Assembly: GCA_963726455.1 (NCBI GenBank)
Contig: CAVSCK010000004.1
Location: forward strand, 96,001-160,000
Direction: 5' to 3'
Source of the DNA: an uncultured bacterium
GTDB lineage: Bacteria; Zixibacteria; MSB-5A5; CAIYYT01
Length of the DNA stretch: 64,000 bases
In this document: positions 20,045-30,433 of the stretch, piece after piece
Layout: each line of letters begins with the position of its first letter
Numbering within the stretch: the first letter of the stretch is position 1
Made by a program: the position numbers and the translations under genes
Notes under the pieces: model-generated
The model's input: the letters and a program-made list of their open reading frames with translations, nothing else
Databases searched by the model: none
What the model was told of the DNA's origin: nothing

Positions 20045-20686
20045 GCCGCGCTCATCCCGCGGATCCTGATAACAATAGGTTCCCACGAGATCGAAGGTGC
20101 CCGACAGTTTCTTTTGAACAGAATCTCTCCTTATAAGGCTGTCTTTGAGTGCGGGCTCGGCAGTCCTATGACGGTGAGGCGTAATCAACACGGAATCACC
20201 CTTTGAAATCCTTTGATCGACTGACCTACCCTTTCCCTTCGTCAGAACATAGTACTGGGATGGTGTTAGCCATCGACAAAGCGAATCGCTAATCTGAATA
20301 TAGAAGATGTTGGCAATTGCGAATTCTTTTGTTCCGGACCAGGTACCGACCCCTTCCACCTTGACCGGCCAAATGCCGTTGACGGTGGCCCTGATCGTCC
20401 CTTCAAATACCATATCTCCGGTATCTCTCGGGTTGGCCACAATCATTTTCGGCTGGTTGATGATCTCGAAACCGCTATTCGGAACAATCCTCGCAGTTAC
20501 ATTTGTGATTAGTTTGGGCCAACAGCGAACGCTAATCGAGACCGTTGTCGCGACTCCCAAACCGACTGTATCGACTTTCACTACGTTCACTTCCAAGGGG
20601 GCCGGATCTTTTTGGGGTTCGTCGGATGCCAAGGACATCACCCACCATGAGCTCAAGAATACCAATGCCAAATACAGTCTAAACAT
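20045..20686 (-). pseudogene. 3'-truncated paralog of the dockerin metallopeptidase
   Basis: Shares PAPLEV, VDTVGLG, CWPKxITNVTARIVP, FYIQxSDSxCR and GTFDxxG with 17932-19740, then runs into the repeated promoter block. Confidence 0.8.
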
Positions 20687-20876
20687 ACATGACCTTCTTT
20701 CTTCTTTGGTTAATGGACAGCTCTTAAAGTTGTCGCGCCCTTGTTTGCAGTATTCGGTTAATGGGAATCACCTCCTCAAGATCCATCGCGATCTTTTCGA
20801 AATGCTCGGAGAACTAATCTGCAATAATCACGTGCGGCAGGCGGCACGTGCGCCAATGCTGCACGATGCCTTTGCG

Positions 20877-20990
20877 GTTACTAGCCGCCTAATGTTAACA
20901 CTTTATAATACTATTTGTCAAGCAGTTTATTCCAACAATTGTCAACTTCGCGACAGCGGTACACCGCGAAAACCTATTGACACACCGCCG
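20877..20990. promoter_or_regulatory. 114-bp divergent promoter block, copy 2 (peptidase paralog / thyX)
   Basis: Back-to-back TTGACA boxes between divergent genes. Confidence 0.7.
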
Positions 20991-21051
20991 TCAGTCACTT
21001 ACTTGACCATCCGGACACAAGCAGACCATTTCCTTAACCGTGGGCGAATAG

Positions 21052-21903
21052 ATGACGGAATCAGCAGACCAACTCAAGGGCAAAGAGATCAAGGTTCTCG
21101 ACAAGGGCTTCGTGCGCTTGATCGACTTCATGGGTTCGGACGATGACATCGTCGAAGCCGCGCGCGTTTCCTACGGTCAGGGCACGAAGAAGAAGCGCGA
21201 AGATCGCGGGCTTATTCGCTATCTGATGCGCCACCAGCACACGACGCCGTTTGAGATGGTCGAATTCAAGTTTCATGTCAAATTGCCCATCTTCGTCGCC
21301 CGCCAGTGGATTCGCCATCGTACCGCGAATGTTAACGAATACTCCGGCCGCTACTCGGTCATGGAAGACCAATTCTACGTCCCCGAACTCAGCGACGTCA
21401 AGAATCAGTCAACTACCAACAAGCAGGGTCGCGACGAGAGCCCGGTCGACCCCGAACTGGCCAGAAGTTTTGTCGCCTTCCTGAACGACACTAATCGGCA
21501 GGTTTACGATCAATATCTGAAGACTATCGATGCCGGAATCGCCCGTGAAATCGCGCGAATCAACCTGCCGCTGTCGCTATACACACAATGGTACTGGAAG
21601 ATCGACCTTCACAATCTCTTCCATTTCCTCAAATTACGTTTGGATAAGCACGCACAGGCCGAAATTCGCCAATATGCCGTGGCCATGGCGGACATGGTTA
21701 AAGCCGTCGTTCCAGTTGCCTGGGAGGCCTTTGAGGATTACGAGCTTCATTCCCTGACCTTTTCGGCGGTTGAACTCCGGTTTCTTGACGAACGCCTGCA
21801 TGGGCTTGACCTCTCGGACGATGCGCTTGCGGCTGCCGGACTCTCCAAAGGCGAAGCCGCTGAATTTCGCGAAAAACTGGAGAAATACGGCGGACGACTC
21901 TGA
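21052..21903 (+). CDS. thyX: FAD-dependent thymidylate synthase
   Basis: AARVSY, HTTPFE, ARQWIRHRTANVNEYSGRY and AREIAR motifs. Confidence 0.97.
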   Translation: MTESADQLKGKEIKVLDKGFVRLIDFMGSDDDIVEAARVSYGQGTKKKREDRGLIRYLMRHQHTTPFEMVEFKFHVKLPIFVARQWIRHRTANVNEYSGRYSVMEDQFYVPELSDVKNQSTTNKQGRDESPVDPELARSFVAFLNDTNRQVYDQYLKTIDAGIAREIARINLPLSLYTQWYWKIDLHNLFHFLKLRLDKHAQAEIRQYAVAMADMVKAVVPVAWEAFEDYELHSLTFSAVELRFLDERLHGLDLSDDALAAAGLSKGEAAEFREKLEKYGGRL

Positions 21904-22045
21904 ACGCTACCCCGTTAATGCACTCTGGTCGAAACTCACTACTGTATCCATCGTATGTTATGAACAGAGGGGTGCTTCGCGCGTATAATTTGTGATTGCA
22001 GTCTATTTTGAACTGCATACATTGGCCTTGAGGAAGCTGATAACT

Positions 22046-23341
22046 ATGACTAAACTCTCCGCGCTGGCAACATTGTTCCTGCTTCTGGTGTTCACTCCGC
22101 TGGTGAAGGCCGACGAGGTGGAAGACATCGATCTGGTCCGGTCGCGCTTCTTCATCGACCACGCCATCTTCGCCGATTCGTCTGGCAACCGCCTCGAAGT
22201 CTACTACAAGATTTTCAACGACGGCTTGAATTATGTAAAGAAGGCTGACAAGTTCGTTGCCAACTACGAAGTAAATATCATCATCATCGGCGACAAGAAG
22301 AAGCAGGTGACCGGCAAGTCGATCGAGAAGACCTACTCGCTGGACAACTACGATCAGACCCGCTCCGAGACCGGCTATCTGATAAATCAAGTATCGCTGC
22401 CGCTGGGACCGGGCGAATATGGCCTGGTCTGCAAGTTGATCGATCACAATTCCAACGAAGTCTCGACGATCGAGGCCAAGTTGAACAGCTACAGCTTCAA
22501 CCGTTCCGCCGACATTTCGGACATCGAATTTATCCAGCAACGGCCCGATTCCATCGAGGCACCGCAGTTTTCCAAGGGAACCAGTGTGGTTTTGCCGGCA
22601 GTCGAGCGGTCTCTGGATGGAGAATTGCAGAGTCTCGGTGTTTATGCCGAGATATATGCCGGCGGCTACGTAGGGAAGAGTCTCCAGCTAAAGTACGGCA
22701 TCGAGAACAAGCGCCAGGGTATTAGATTCGACACAACTGTTTCGATAACCGTGGACGGGCCGGTGGTGCGTGTCCGGGACTTCCTGGCCATTGCCATGCT
22801 TCCCCCCGAAGAATATAATCTGCATTTGTCGTTGATAGACGGCCAGCAGGTGCTCGCGGAACGGTCGACCCGGTTTCTCGTCAAGTGGTCGGTGGCCTCG
22901 CTGATAAAGAATGACTTTGAGTATGCTGTCGCTCAGCTGAAGTACATTGTCACAAAGGAAGAAAAGAAGGAACTCATGCAGACGCCCGATTCGCTGAGAT
23001 TGGAAGCGTTTGAATCCTTCTGGAAACGCCACGATCCTACTCCCAACTCTCAGACCAATGAACTCAGAGAGGAATACTACCGGCGCATCCGTTATGCCAA
23101 CCAGTATTTTTCGACGGTTAATCGCGAGGGCTGGGACACCGATCGCGGCATGGTATATATTAAGTATGGCGAACCTGATCAAATCGAGAGACATCCTTTC
23201 GAATTGGATACAAAGCCGTACCAGCTTTGGTATTATTATGGCCAGCGACGGACGTTCGCTTTCATTGATACGCGTGGTGACGGCGATTACCAACTGCAAT
23301 ATCCGTACGATGGCGATTGGCGGACCGGCGTCGGTCCATAG
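22046..23341 (+). CDS. GWxTD domain-containing secreted protein 1
   Basis: Signal peptide and FWKRHDPTP...EYYRRIRYAN...GWDTDRGMVYIKYGEPD. Confidence 0.9.
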   Translation: MTKLSALATLFLLLVFTPLVKADEVEDIDLVRSRFFIDHAIFADSSGNRLEVYYKIFNDGLNYVKKADKFVANYEVNIIIIGDKKKQVTGKSIEKTYSLDNYDQTRSETGYLINQVSLPLGPGEYGLVCKLIDHNSNEVSTIEAKLNSYSFNRSADISDIEFIQQRPDSIEAPQFSKGTSVVLPAVERSLDGELQSLGVYAEIYAGGYVGKSLQLKYGIENKRQGIRFDTTVSITVDGPVVRVRDFLAIAMLPPEEYNLHLSLIDGQQVLAERSTRFLVKWSVASLIKNDFEYAVAQLKYIVTKEEKKELMQTPDSLRLEAFESFWKRHDPTPNSQTNELREEYYRRIRYANQYFSTVNREGWDTDRGMVYIKYGEPDQIERHPFELDTKPYQLWYYYGQRRTFAFIDTRGDGDYQLQYPYDGDWRTGVGP

Positions 23342-23364
23342 AGACTGTGGGAGGGTCTGATTCC

Positions 23365-24816
23365 ATGAAAAGCAGAATTCTGTTACTAGTGCTGCTGGCA
23401 TTGGCAGCTACATCAACGTTGGCTCAGGAGCAACCGGTCGCCGAGTCGACTGCAACACCGCCGCCGGCTCAGGTAACAACCTCGGCCGCCAGGCCGATCC
23501 GTGTCTGGTCCGATGGCGCATCCTATCTGTATTTTCAAGACACTACCAAGAGCTATGTCGAAGTGTACGTTGCCCTGCAACGGAAGGATATTCAGTTTGA
23601 AGATATGACCGGATACTTTCAGGGTAAAGTCTATCTCTATCTCGAGGCCATGGACCAAACCGGGAAGATGATCGACTCCCTGGGCAAATGGGTGCCGATC
23701 ACGGTCCAGCATCTTGAAGATGCTTATAAGGATGACATTCGCATCTTTGAGGTCATTCCTTGTCTTCTCACTCCGGATCACTACAAAATGCGCCTGACTG
23801 CAATCGACGGCATCAGCAAACGCACCGGCATTGCTACTTTTGACCTCGAAGTAAAGAATTATGCTACCACGAATCTTAGTATGTCTGACTTGGAGCTGGC
23901 CTATGATATCGCCCCGGTGGAAACTGACTCCGTCTATTCGGCGCTGATTAAGTCCAATCGCAAAGTAATTCCCAATCCGAACAAATACATTTCCAATGAA
24001 GACACGCTGCTGTATTACTATGCCGAGGTATATAACCTCGCGCAGCGTGAGGGCGCCAGCAACGAATTCGAAGTCAAGTCGACATTGCTCGATTCCTATG
24101 GCTACGAGATTCGCGAGTATCCGCCGGTGCGTAACAAAAAGCCGGGCACCACGGCCGTCATTACCGAAGGACTTCCGATACGCGGTCTTCCCGGTGGCAG
24201 CTATGAGTTGTCAGTCGACGTAAAGGATATCGCGACCGGAAGGACGACGACTGCCAAGAAAAGAGTGCTGCTGATCTATGCCTTCAATCAACTCACGCCG
24301 ACAATGTCCAGCCCGGACAGCTTCTCAATCGACGATGCGAAGCTGATGGAACAGGTGATTCGCTTCATCACGACGAAGGAAGAGAAAGAGACGTACGCGG
24401 GATTGAACCTGGAGGGCAAGAAGGCCTGGCTGCAAAGCTTCTGGGACCGCAGGAATCCCGAACCCGGCAGCCCGATCAACAAATTCAAGAATGAGATTTT
24501 CCGCCGTTTCATTTATGCCAACTACTTTTTCTCCAATTCACTGATCAAGCGCAGTGACGGCTGGAATTCCGATCGCGGCCGCGTCTATATCACTTACGGC
24601 CAGCCAGACCAGATCGAATCGTTCCCGTCCCAGATGGGCCAGAAGCCGTACGAGAAGTGGCATTACTTCCGCTTGGCCAACCAGAGCGGCGGAAATTATT
24701 TTTACTTTGTCGATGAAACCGGCTATGGCAATTTTCGCCTCGTCAGTTCAAACGTCAATGGCGAAATTTCCAACCCCGAATACGAGCAGAAGCTCGAACA
24801 AAGCGCCAGCCAATAA
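23365..24816 (+). CDS. GWxTD domain-containing secreted protein 2
   Basis: Signal peptide, SMSDLELAY, PNP, and FWDRRNPEP...GWNSDRGRVYITYGQPD. Confidence 0.9.
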   Translation: MKSRILLLVLLALAATSTLAQEQPVAESTATPPPAQVTTSAARPIRVWSDGASYLYFQDTTKSYVEVYVALQRKDIQFEDMTGYFQGKVYLYLEAMDQTGKMIDSLGKWVPITVQHLEDAYKDDIRIFEVIPCLLTPDHYKMRLTAIDGISKRTGIATFDLEVKNYATTNLSMSDLELAYDIAPVETDSVYSALIKSNRKVIPNPNKYISNEDTLLYYYAEVYNLAQREGASNEFEVKSTLLDSYGYEIREYPPVRNKKPGTTAVITEGLPIRGLPGGSYELSVDVKDIATGRTTTAKKRVLLIYAFNQLTPTMSSPDSFSIDDAKLMEQVIRFITTKEEKETYAGLNLEGKKAWLQSFWDRRNPEPGSPINKFKNEIFRRFIYANYFFSNSLIKRSDGWNSDRGRVYITYGQPDQIESFPSQMGQKPYEKWHYFRLANQSGGNYFYFVDETGYGNFRLVSSNVNGEISNPEYEQKLEQSASQ

Positions 24817-24839
24817 ATTCTCAACTTAATACTATCGAA

Positions 24840-24874
24840 TCGCGAGACCGGTTATTCGCAGACAGGTCTCGCGA
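24840..24874 (+). terminator. Stem-loop after the GWxTD pair
   Basis: 10-bp stem TCGCGAGACC/GGTCTCGCGA, with no clear U-tract. Confidence 0.35.
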
Positions 24875-24935
24875 CTCCTAATACGCCGCCAGCATCCTGC
24901 TAACGTCTTGTCCGCATTCCAGATAGCAAAACCCC

Positions 24936-24963
24936 TTGATTTTCAGCTACATTGGTGTATAAT
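24936..24963 (+). promoter_or_regulatory. sigma70 promoter of cmk-plsC-rpsA
   Basis: TTGATT-N16-TATAAT. Confidence 0.6.
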
Positions 24964-25008
24964 AAAAAGCTTTGTGCGTATTGCGGAAAAATATGACTGA
25001 GGAAACCA

Positions 25009-25687
25009 ATGCGCCAGATTGTCATAGCTATTGATGGTCCGGCCGCTTCCGGCAAGAGCACGACGGCTCGTGAGGTCGCAAGGCGACTCGGGCTGGTCTA
25101 TCTCGATACCGGAGCCATGTATCGTGCGGTTACGCTTAAAGCGATGCGGGAAGGAATTGATTTGAGAGATGGCGACAAAATCGCGGAAATGACGAGACGT
25201 ACGCGGCTTGATTTTTCGGTCGTAAACGGCGAACAACGTGTTCTGCTTGATGGCGAGGACGTGACCACTGATGATTCGCACGTCCCGAAGTGACTGCGGG
25301 AACGACGCCGGTTTCCGGTCATCCGCAGGTGCGCGAGATTCTGGTCGGCTGGCAACGGCGGATTGGAGGCGATGGCGGTGTCGTAGCTGAAGGCCGCGAC
25401 ACGACCTCCGTGGTATTTCCGAACGCTGACGTCAAGATCTTCCTGAGCGCGGCCATCGACGCCCGCGCCGGACGTCGGGTGAAGGATCTGGAATCCGCCG
25501 GTGTGGCAACATCCGCCGAATGAACAAAGCGAATTGCTTGCGCGCCGCGACCACGCCGATTCGAGCCGGCAGGCATCACCATTGACCAAAGTCCCCGACG
25601 CCATCGAAATCGACACTTCCACATATTACGATCGAACAGCAGGTGCAGAGAGTCATCGATCTTGCCCGCGAGGTGGCTGAAGCTTGA
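25009..25687 (+). CDS. cmk: Cytidylate kinase (several indels)
   Basis: [23 protein letters not shown] and VVAEGRD...[11 protein letters not shown]. Confidence 0.92.
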
Positions 25688-26303
25688 GCGTTCAATACCG
25701 AATCGCCAAGTTGACTGATTTCCTCGACAGCACGGCTGATTCTTCGGCTGGAAAGTTATCGGACGAGACAATATTCCCGAAGGCGGCGCCTAATCGCCAT
25801 CCAATCATATTTCGGCTCTCGATCCGCCGTTGATCGGCTCGGCCATCAGGCGCGAGATGTTCTACTTCGCCAAAATCGAATTATTCAGGAACTCCATTGT
25901 TCGGCGCGCTGATCAAGTCAGTCAATGCTTTTCCCGTTCGACGCGGAGAAGCCGACCGTCACGCGTGGAAAATGGCAAAATCGCTCTTGAAATGCCGGCA
26001 AGTTATTGCTTTTCTTCCCCGAAGGCACTCGCTCCCTGGATGGCGAATCTTCAGGCAGGGAAAGCGGGAATGGCTCGACTGGCGTTTGCCGCCGGCGTGC
26101 CGGTAGTGCCGGCAGCAATTTCCGGTTCCAATCGCCTTCGTGACGTATTCCTACGTCGCGCGAAACTCCGCGTCGGTTTTGCCAAGCCGGTTTCGCTGAG
26201 CGATTTCGCGTAACGGCGCAGACGACGATAGCCGGTATGATCGCCTGACCAGGCGGTCATGGCGGAAATCGGACGGCTCAAGGCCGAAGTGGAGGCGAAA
26301 TAG
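25684..26303 (+). CDS. plsC: 1-acyl-sn-glycerol-3-phosphate acyltransferase family (several indels)
   Basis: NHISALDPP (HxxxxD) at about 25803, AFPVRRG, PEGTRS at about 26020, VPVVPAAI. Confidence 0.8.
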
Positions 26304-26406
26304 CTCCTGTCGCAGTACTTCAGTGTTGCCTGCGATGGACTGTTGTTTGTCGATATTGAAAAAAGCCCGGAAGGGACAATGATAATATCCGAGGAGGAAG
26401 ACATTA

Positions 26407-28432
26407 ATGTCTGACGAAACCACAACTAACAAAACCGAAAAGAAAACTACTGGAGGTGGAAAGGCCAAAGAGAAGAAAGCCACCGGCCGACTGGTGAAAG
26501 CACAAGCGGGCCAGAAAGCTCTCCAAGGCGGAGCAAAAAGGCACGACGATGGTCACCGAACTGGCGAAGAACAGTCGGCGATCTGGATACTGAGCGCAAA
26601 CGCCGCGTATCCGAAAAAGCATCGCGTCGCATCACCGACCGGAGCCCGAGATTCTCACCGTTGACGCCATCAAGCAGACCGATCTGGATGACGAGGAATA
26701 CTCGCCCAAGCAGTACCAGCATCTGCTCGATATGTACAATCAGACGCTTCAGGATATCAAAGAAGGCGAAATCATCAAAGGTCGCGTACTCGATATCACG
26801 CGTGAGTATGTCATCGTCGACGTCGGCTTCAAGTCGGAAGGCATCATTGCGCTCGACGAATTCACCGAACCGGTCAATATCAAGGTCGGCGACCAGATCG
26901 AGGTTTATCTCGAATCAGTCGAGGACCAGAACGGCCAGTTGATTCTGTCCAAGCAGAAAGCCGATTTCATGCGCGTTTGGGATCGTATCCGCGAAGCGCA
27001 TGACGCCGGTGAACTGGTTGACGGCCGTCTGATGCGCCGCATCAAGGGAGGTATCGTCGTCGATCTGTTCGGCGTGGATGCATTCCTGCCCGGTTCGCAG
27101 ATTGCGTTGCGCCAGGTGCCCGACTTCGATGAACTGATCGGCCAGACTCTGCATCTCAAGATTATCAAGCTCAACAAGAGCCGCCGCAATATCGTCGTCA
27201 GCCGCCGCGTGGTACTCGAACAAGAGCGCGAGAAAATGCGCGAGCAACTGCTCTCGCAGATCGAGGTCGGCCAGGTACGCAAAGGCGTGGTCAAGAACAT
27301 CACCGATTTCGGTGTATTCATCGATCTCGGTGGTCTCGACGGCTTGCTCCATATCACCGACATGTCCTGGGGACGCATTGCCCATCCGTCAGAGGTGGTT
27401 TCGCTCGGCGACCAGATTGATGTCAAGATTCTTGATTTCGACAAGGAAACCGGCAGAATCTCGCTCGGTCTTGAAGCAGCTCACTGAGTACCCCTGGGAG
27501 CGCATCGAAGAGAAGTTCCCGGTCGGCACGAAGGTGCTCGGCACTGTCGTGTCACTGACCGACTATGGCGCTTTTGTCGAATTGGAGAAGGGCATTGAGG
27601 GCCTTATTCACATCTCCGAGATGAGCTGGACGCAGCATATCAAGCATCCGTCCAAGATCATGCAGGTCAGCGACAAGATCGAAGCGATGGTGTTGGCGGT
27701 GGACAAGGAGAACGAGAAGATCTCGCTCGGCATCAAGCAGATGGAACCGGATCCCTGGACGATTCTCGACCAGCGTTATCCGATCGGTTCCAAGGTCACC
27801 GGCAAGGTGCGCAATCTGACGACTTTCGGCGCCTTTATCGAACTCGAAGAGGGCATCGACGGTTTGGTGCACATCTCCGATATGTCGTGGAATCGCCGCA
27901 TTCAGCATCCGTCGGAAGTGATGAAGAAGGGACAGACGGTTGACGTTGTGGTTCTGAAGATCGATCGTTCAAATCGTCGCATCTCGCTCGGATACAAGCA
28001 ACTCTTTGACGATCCCTGGCCGTCATACTCGCTTGAAGTACGGCATCGGCGCTGAGTGCGTCGGCGACATCACGCGCGTACTCGATCGCGGCGTGATCGT
28101 GGAACTCGGTAATGAAGTCGAAGGATTCGTGGCTACCCATGAACTGGGTATCCCCGATTTGGCGCGTCCTGCCGATGCGTTCAAGGAAGGTGATGAGATT
28201 GCCGCTGAAAGTGGTTGAATTCGACCAGACGCAGCGGAAGATCGTCTTGTCGGTGGACGACTACTATCGCGGCAAGGATCACACCGACCTTGACAGCTTC
28301 ATCCAGAAGCACCCGACCACCAGTGGAGCTCAGATGGCAGCGGCCATGGAGCAGGTGATTGGCGATTCTGAAGGCGTGGCCGGCACTCCTGATTCCGGCA
28401 ACGGCAACCCTGCCGAGGAAGCAAACGGCTGA
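26407..28432 (+). CDS. rpsA: 30S ribosomal protein S1 (several indels, long N-terminal extension)
   Basis: VDVGFKSEG, AFLPGSQ, DGLLHITDMSW and EGLIHISEMSW S1 repeats, in cmk-plsC-rpsA context. Confidence 0.95.
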
Positions 28433-28566
28433 TAATTCGTCAGACATTCGTTCTATATCAGGGCGTGACATCAGTCGCGCCCTGTTTTTATGCACATCTG
28501 TGACGAGACCTTTTCCTAAGACAATCTCTACGCCTATCAAAAAAGCTGTATTGCCACACGATTGAA

Positions 28567-30189
28567 TTGATTACCTTGAACTCGATGACCTCATCTCAGA
28601 TTCGGCTCTTCATTAAACTCCTGGCGGTTTTGTCGCTCGTTGCTGTCTTCTTTTCCATCGATAGTTGCAGCAAAAAGCAGCGCCAGGGCATTGCCCAAAG
28701 CGAATGGGAAAAACTGATCGCAATCAGAACCGAGACGAATCAGTTCTACTCCGAATTCGTCGCCGACAAATTCAATGCTGAGATACTCGGACAGCCATCC
28801 CGTCTGGAGGAAATCTGCGCCCGCTATCAAACCTTGGCGAGCCCTGACAATATCCGGCTTGTACAGAAGATCGAGGATTCCTATCAGCCCTCACCGGAGG
28901 AGAGACAGGTTCATTTGCTACGACTGTTTCTGACTCGCACCGCCATGAAAATCGCGACCTGCCAGAGCGAAGAATATCTGCGCGTGCTGCAATTGCAGGA
29001 ACAAGTCAAGGTCGGCAATGCAACCGTCGGTTACAGCGCCGTCAAAGATCAATTGGCATCCGAAACTAATCGCGAGCGCCGCCGCCAACTCTTTGAAGCG
29101 CTACTGCCCGCAATTCAGAAGGAGAACGCCATCCTCAGCACGATTCGCACTGACGAAGATTCCGTGCTGTTTGATCTTGGCTATGGGAATATGACTTCGT
29201 TTCTCGAAGACGAGCGCGCCTGCGATTTGGCGGCACTTTCGCAAGAAGCAGAGCATATTATCACCGACACCGACTCACTGACTCGTGCACTTCTCTCAGA
29301 ATTGTCACCTAAGTTGACCGGCTTGCAAGCCGATGAGCTGCGCGGCTACGATATTCCGTTGCTTCTGAGTGGCAGGCCGTTCGTCAAGTCGTTCCCATCG
29401 GCGCGCATGATTGACGGGATAGAACCAACATTGAAGAATATCGGGCTCAATTTCGATTCACTGTCCGGTCTCAAACTTACAACTTCCGATAATGCGGGCC
29501 GGCATTTCAACTCGGCAATCTACCCGGTCGAGATACCTGCTGACATTCGTGTCGCAGTTGAGTTGGCTGATGGGCCTGATTCATATTCTGAATTCTACCG
29601 CCAATTAGGCCGGGCTCTTCAACATGCGAACACCACCGAACATGGCTTCGAGTTCACCTGTCTGGACAACGGCGTGCTGCTCGATATGTCCTCAAGTTTC
29701 TTCGATCATCTGCTCGACGATCCTGCGTTTCTCGCCAAGCAGGGACTGGCTTCCACCGAATTGAAAGAGTATCTGCGATACCGCGTGCTCGTCAAGCTTA
29801 TTGAGTTACGCTCAAGTTGCGGTGCGCTGCTTTACGAACAATCGCTCTATTCAGGTGCGGATGACGCCAAAACGGCCTTTGAACAGATCATGCAGCCACT
29901 GTTGGGCTATCCCTGGAGCGAGATCGAGCGTGAGAGTTATCTTCGCGATGCCCATTACCTGCGCGCCGCCGATCAGCTTCGCGGTAGTTTCTTTGCAGCG
30001 CAACTTGAGCAGAAACTGAAGAGTTCGATTGGCGCCGACTATTTGGAGCAGTCCGCGACCGGCAACCAGCTTCGAACAGTCTGGTCTGCAGGAAGTCGAA
30101 TTGCTCCCGACTCTGTCGCACAGACTCTTGGTCTTGGCAAGATTTCTCCTGACGATCCGATTCAACAAATTCGCTCGATGCTACAGTAA
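28567..30189 (+). CDS. M3/M32-like peptidase-fold lipoprotein without HExxH
   Basis: Lipobox-like SIDSCSKK, helical LASETNRERRRQLF, and PVEIPADIRV...FYRQLGRALQHA aligning to HExGHAxH. Confidence 0.6.
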   Translation: MITLNSMTSSQIRLFIKLLAVLSLVAVFFSIDSCSKKQRQGIAQSEWEKLIAIRTETNQFYSEFVADKFNAEILGQPSRLEEICARYQTLASPDNIRLVQKIEDSYQPSPEERQVHLLRLFLTRTAMKIATCQSEEYLRVLQLQEQVKVGNATVGYSAVKDQLASETNRERRRQLFEALLPAIQKENAILSTIRTDEDSVLFDLGYGNMTSFLEDERACDLAALSQEAEHIITDTDSLTRALLSELSPKLTGLQADELRGYDIPLLLSGRPFVKSFPSARMIDGIEPTLKNIGLNFDSLSGLKLTTSDNAGRHFNSAIYPVEIPADIRVAVELADGPDSYSEFYRQLGRALQHANTTEHGFEFTCLDNGVLLDMSSSFFDHLLDDPAFLAKQGLASTELKEYLRYRVLVKLIELRSSCGALLYEQSLYSGADDAKTAFEQIMQPLLGYPWSEIERESYLRDAHYLRAADQLRGSFFAAQLEQKLKSSIGADYLEQSATGNQLRTVWSAGSRIAPDSVAQTLGLGKISPDDPIQQIRSMLQ

Positions 30190-30366
30190 CTCGCATCGCA
30201 ACTACTCGTCTGTTTCATTCCAGAAATTCCTGCCTCAGTTTCGGAAATTCCTCGCCACCGAGATGGAAGATGTTTCCGCTGTCTTTGACTTTCAGCCCCC
30301 CGCGTCACCCCCATCGTAGTTTGTAACGAACAACACAACAATGAGTTAAACGTTCCTGCAACGACT

Positions 30367-30382
30367 TGGCACTCTCCTTGCA
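30367..30382 (+). promoter_or_regulatory. sigma54 (-24/-12) promoter of the flagellar operon
   Basis: TGGCAC-TCTCC-TTGCA, a perfect consensus about 50 bp upstream of the first gene. Confidence 0.8.
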
Positions 30383-30433
30383 TCTAAGCCAACAGGCGGA
30401 AAGCCATATCGGCTATCTATATGAGGAGAGAAA

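Noticed and set aside
20307-21146. 279-aa plus-strand ORF and other long antisense ORFs (e.g. 21698-22540, 36826-37587, 44642-45403)
   Set aside because: These are shadow frames of well-supported genes on the opposite strand in GC-rich DNA, with no motifs of their own.
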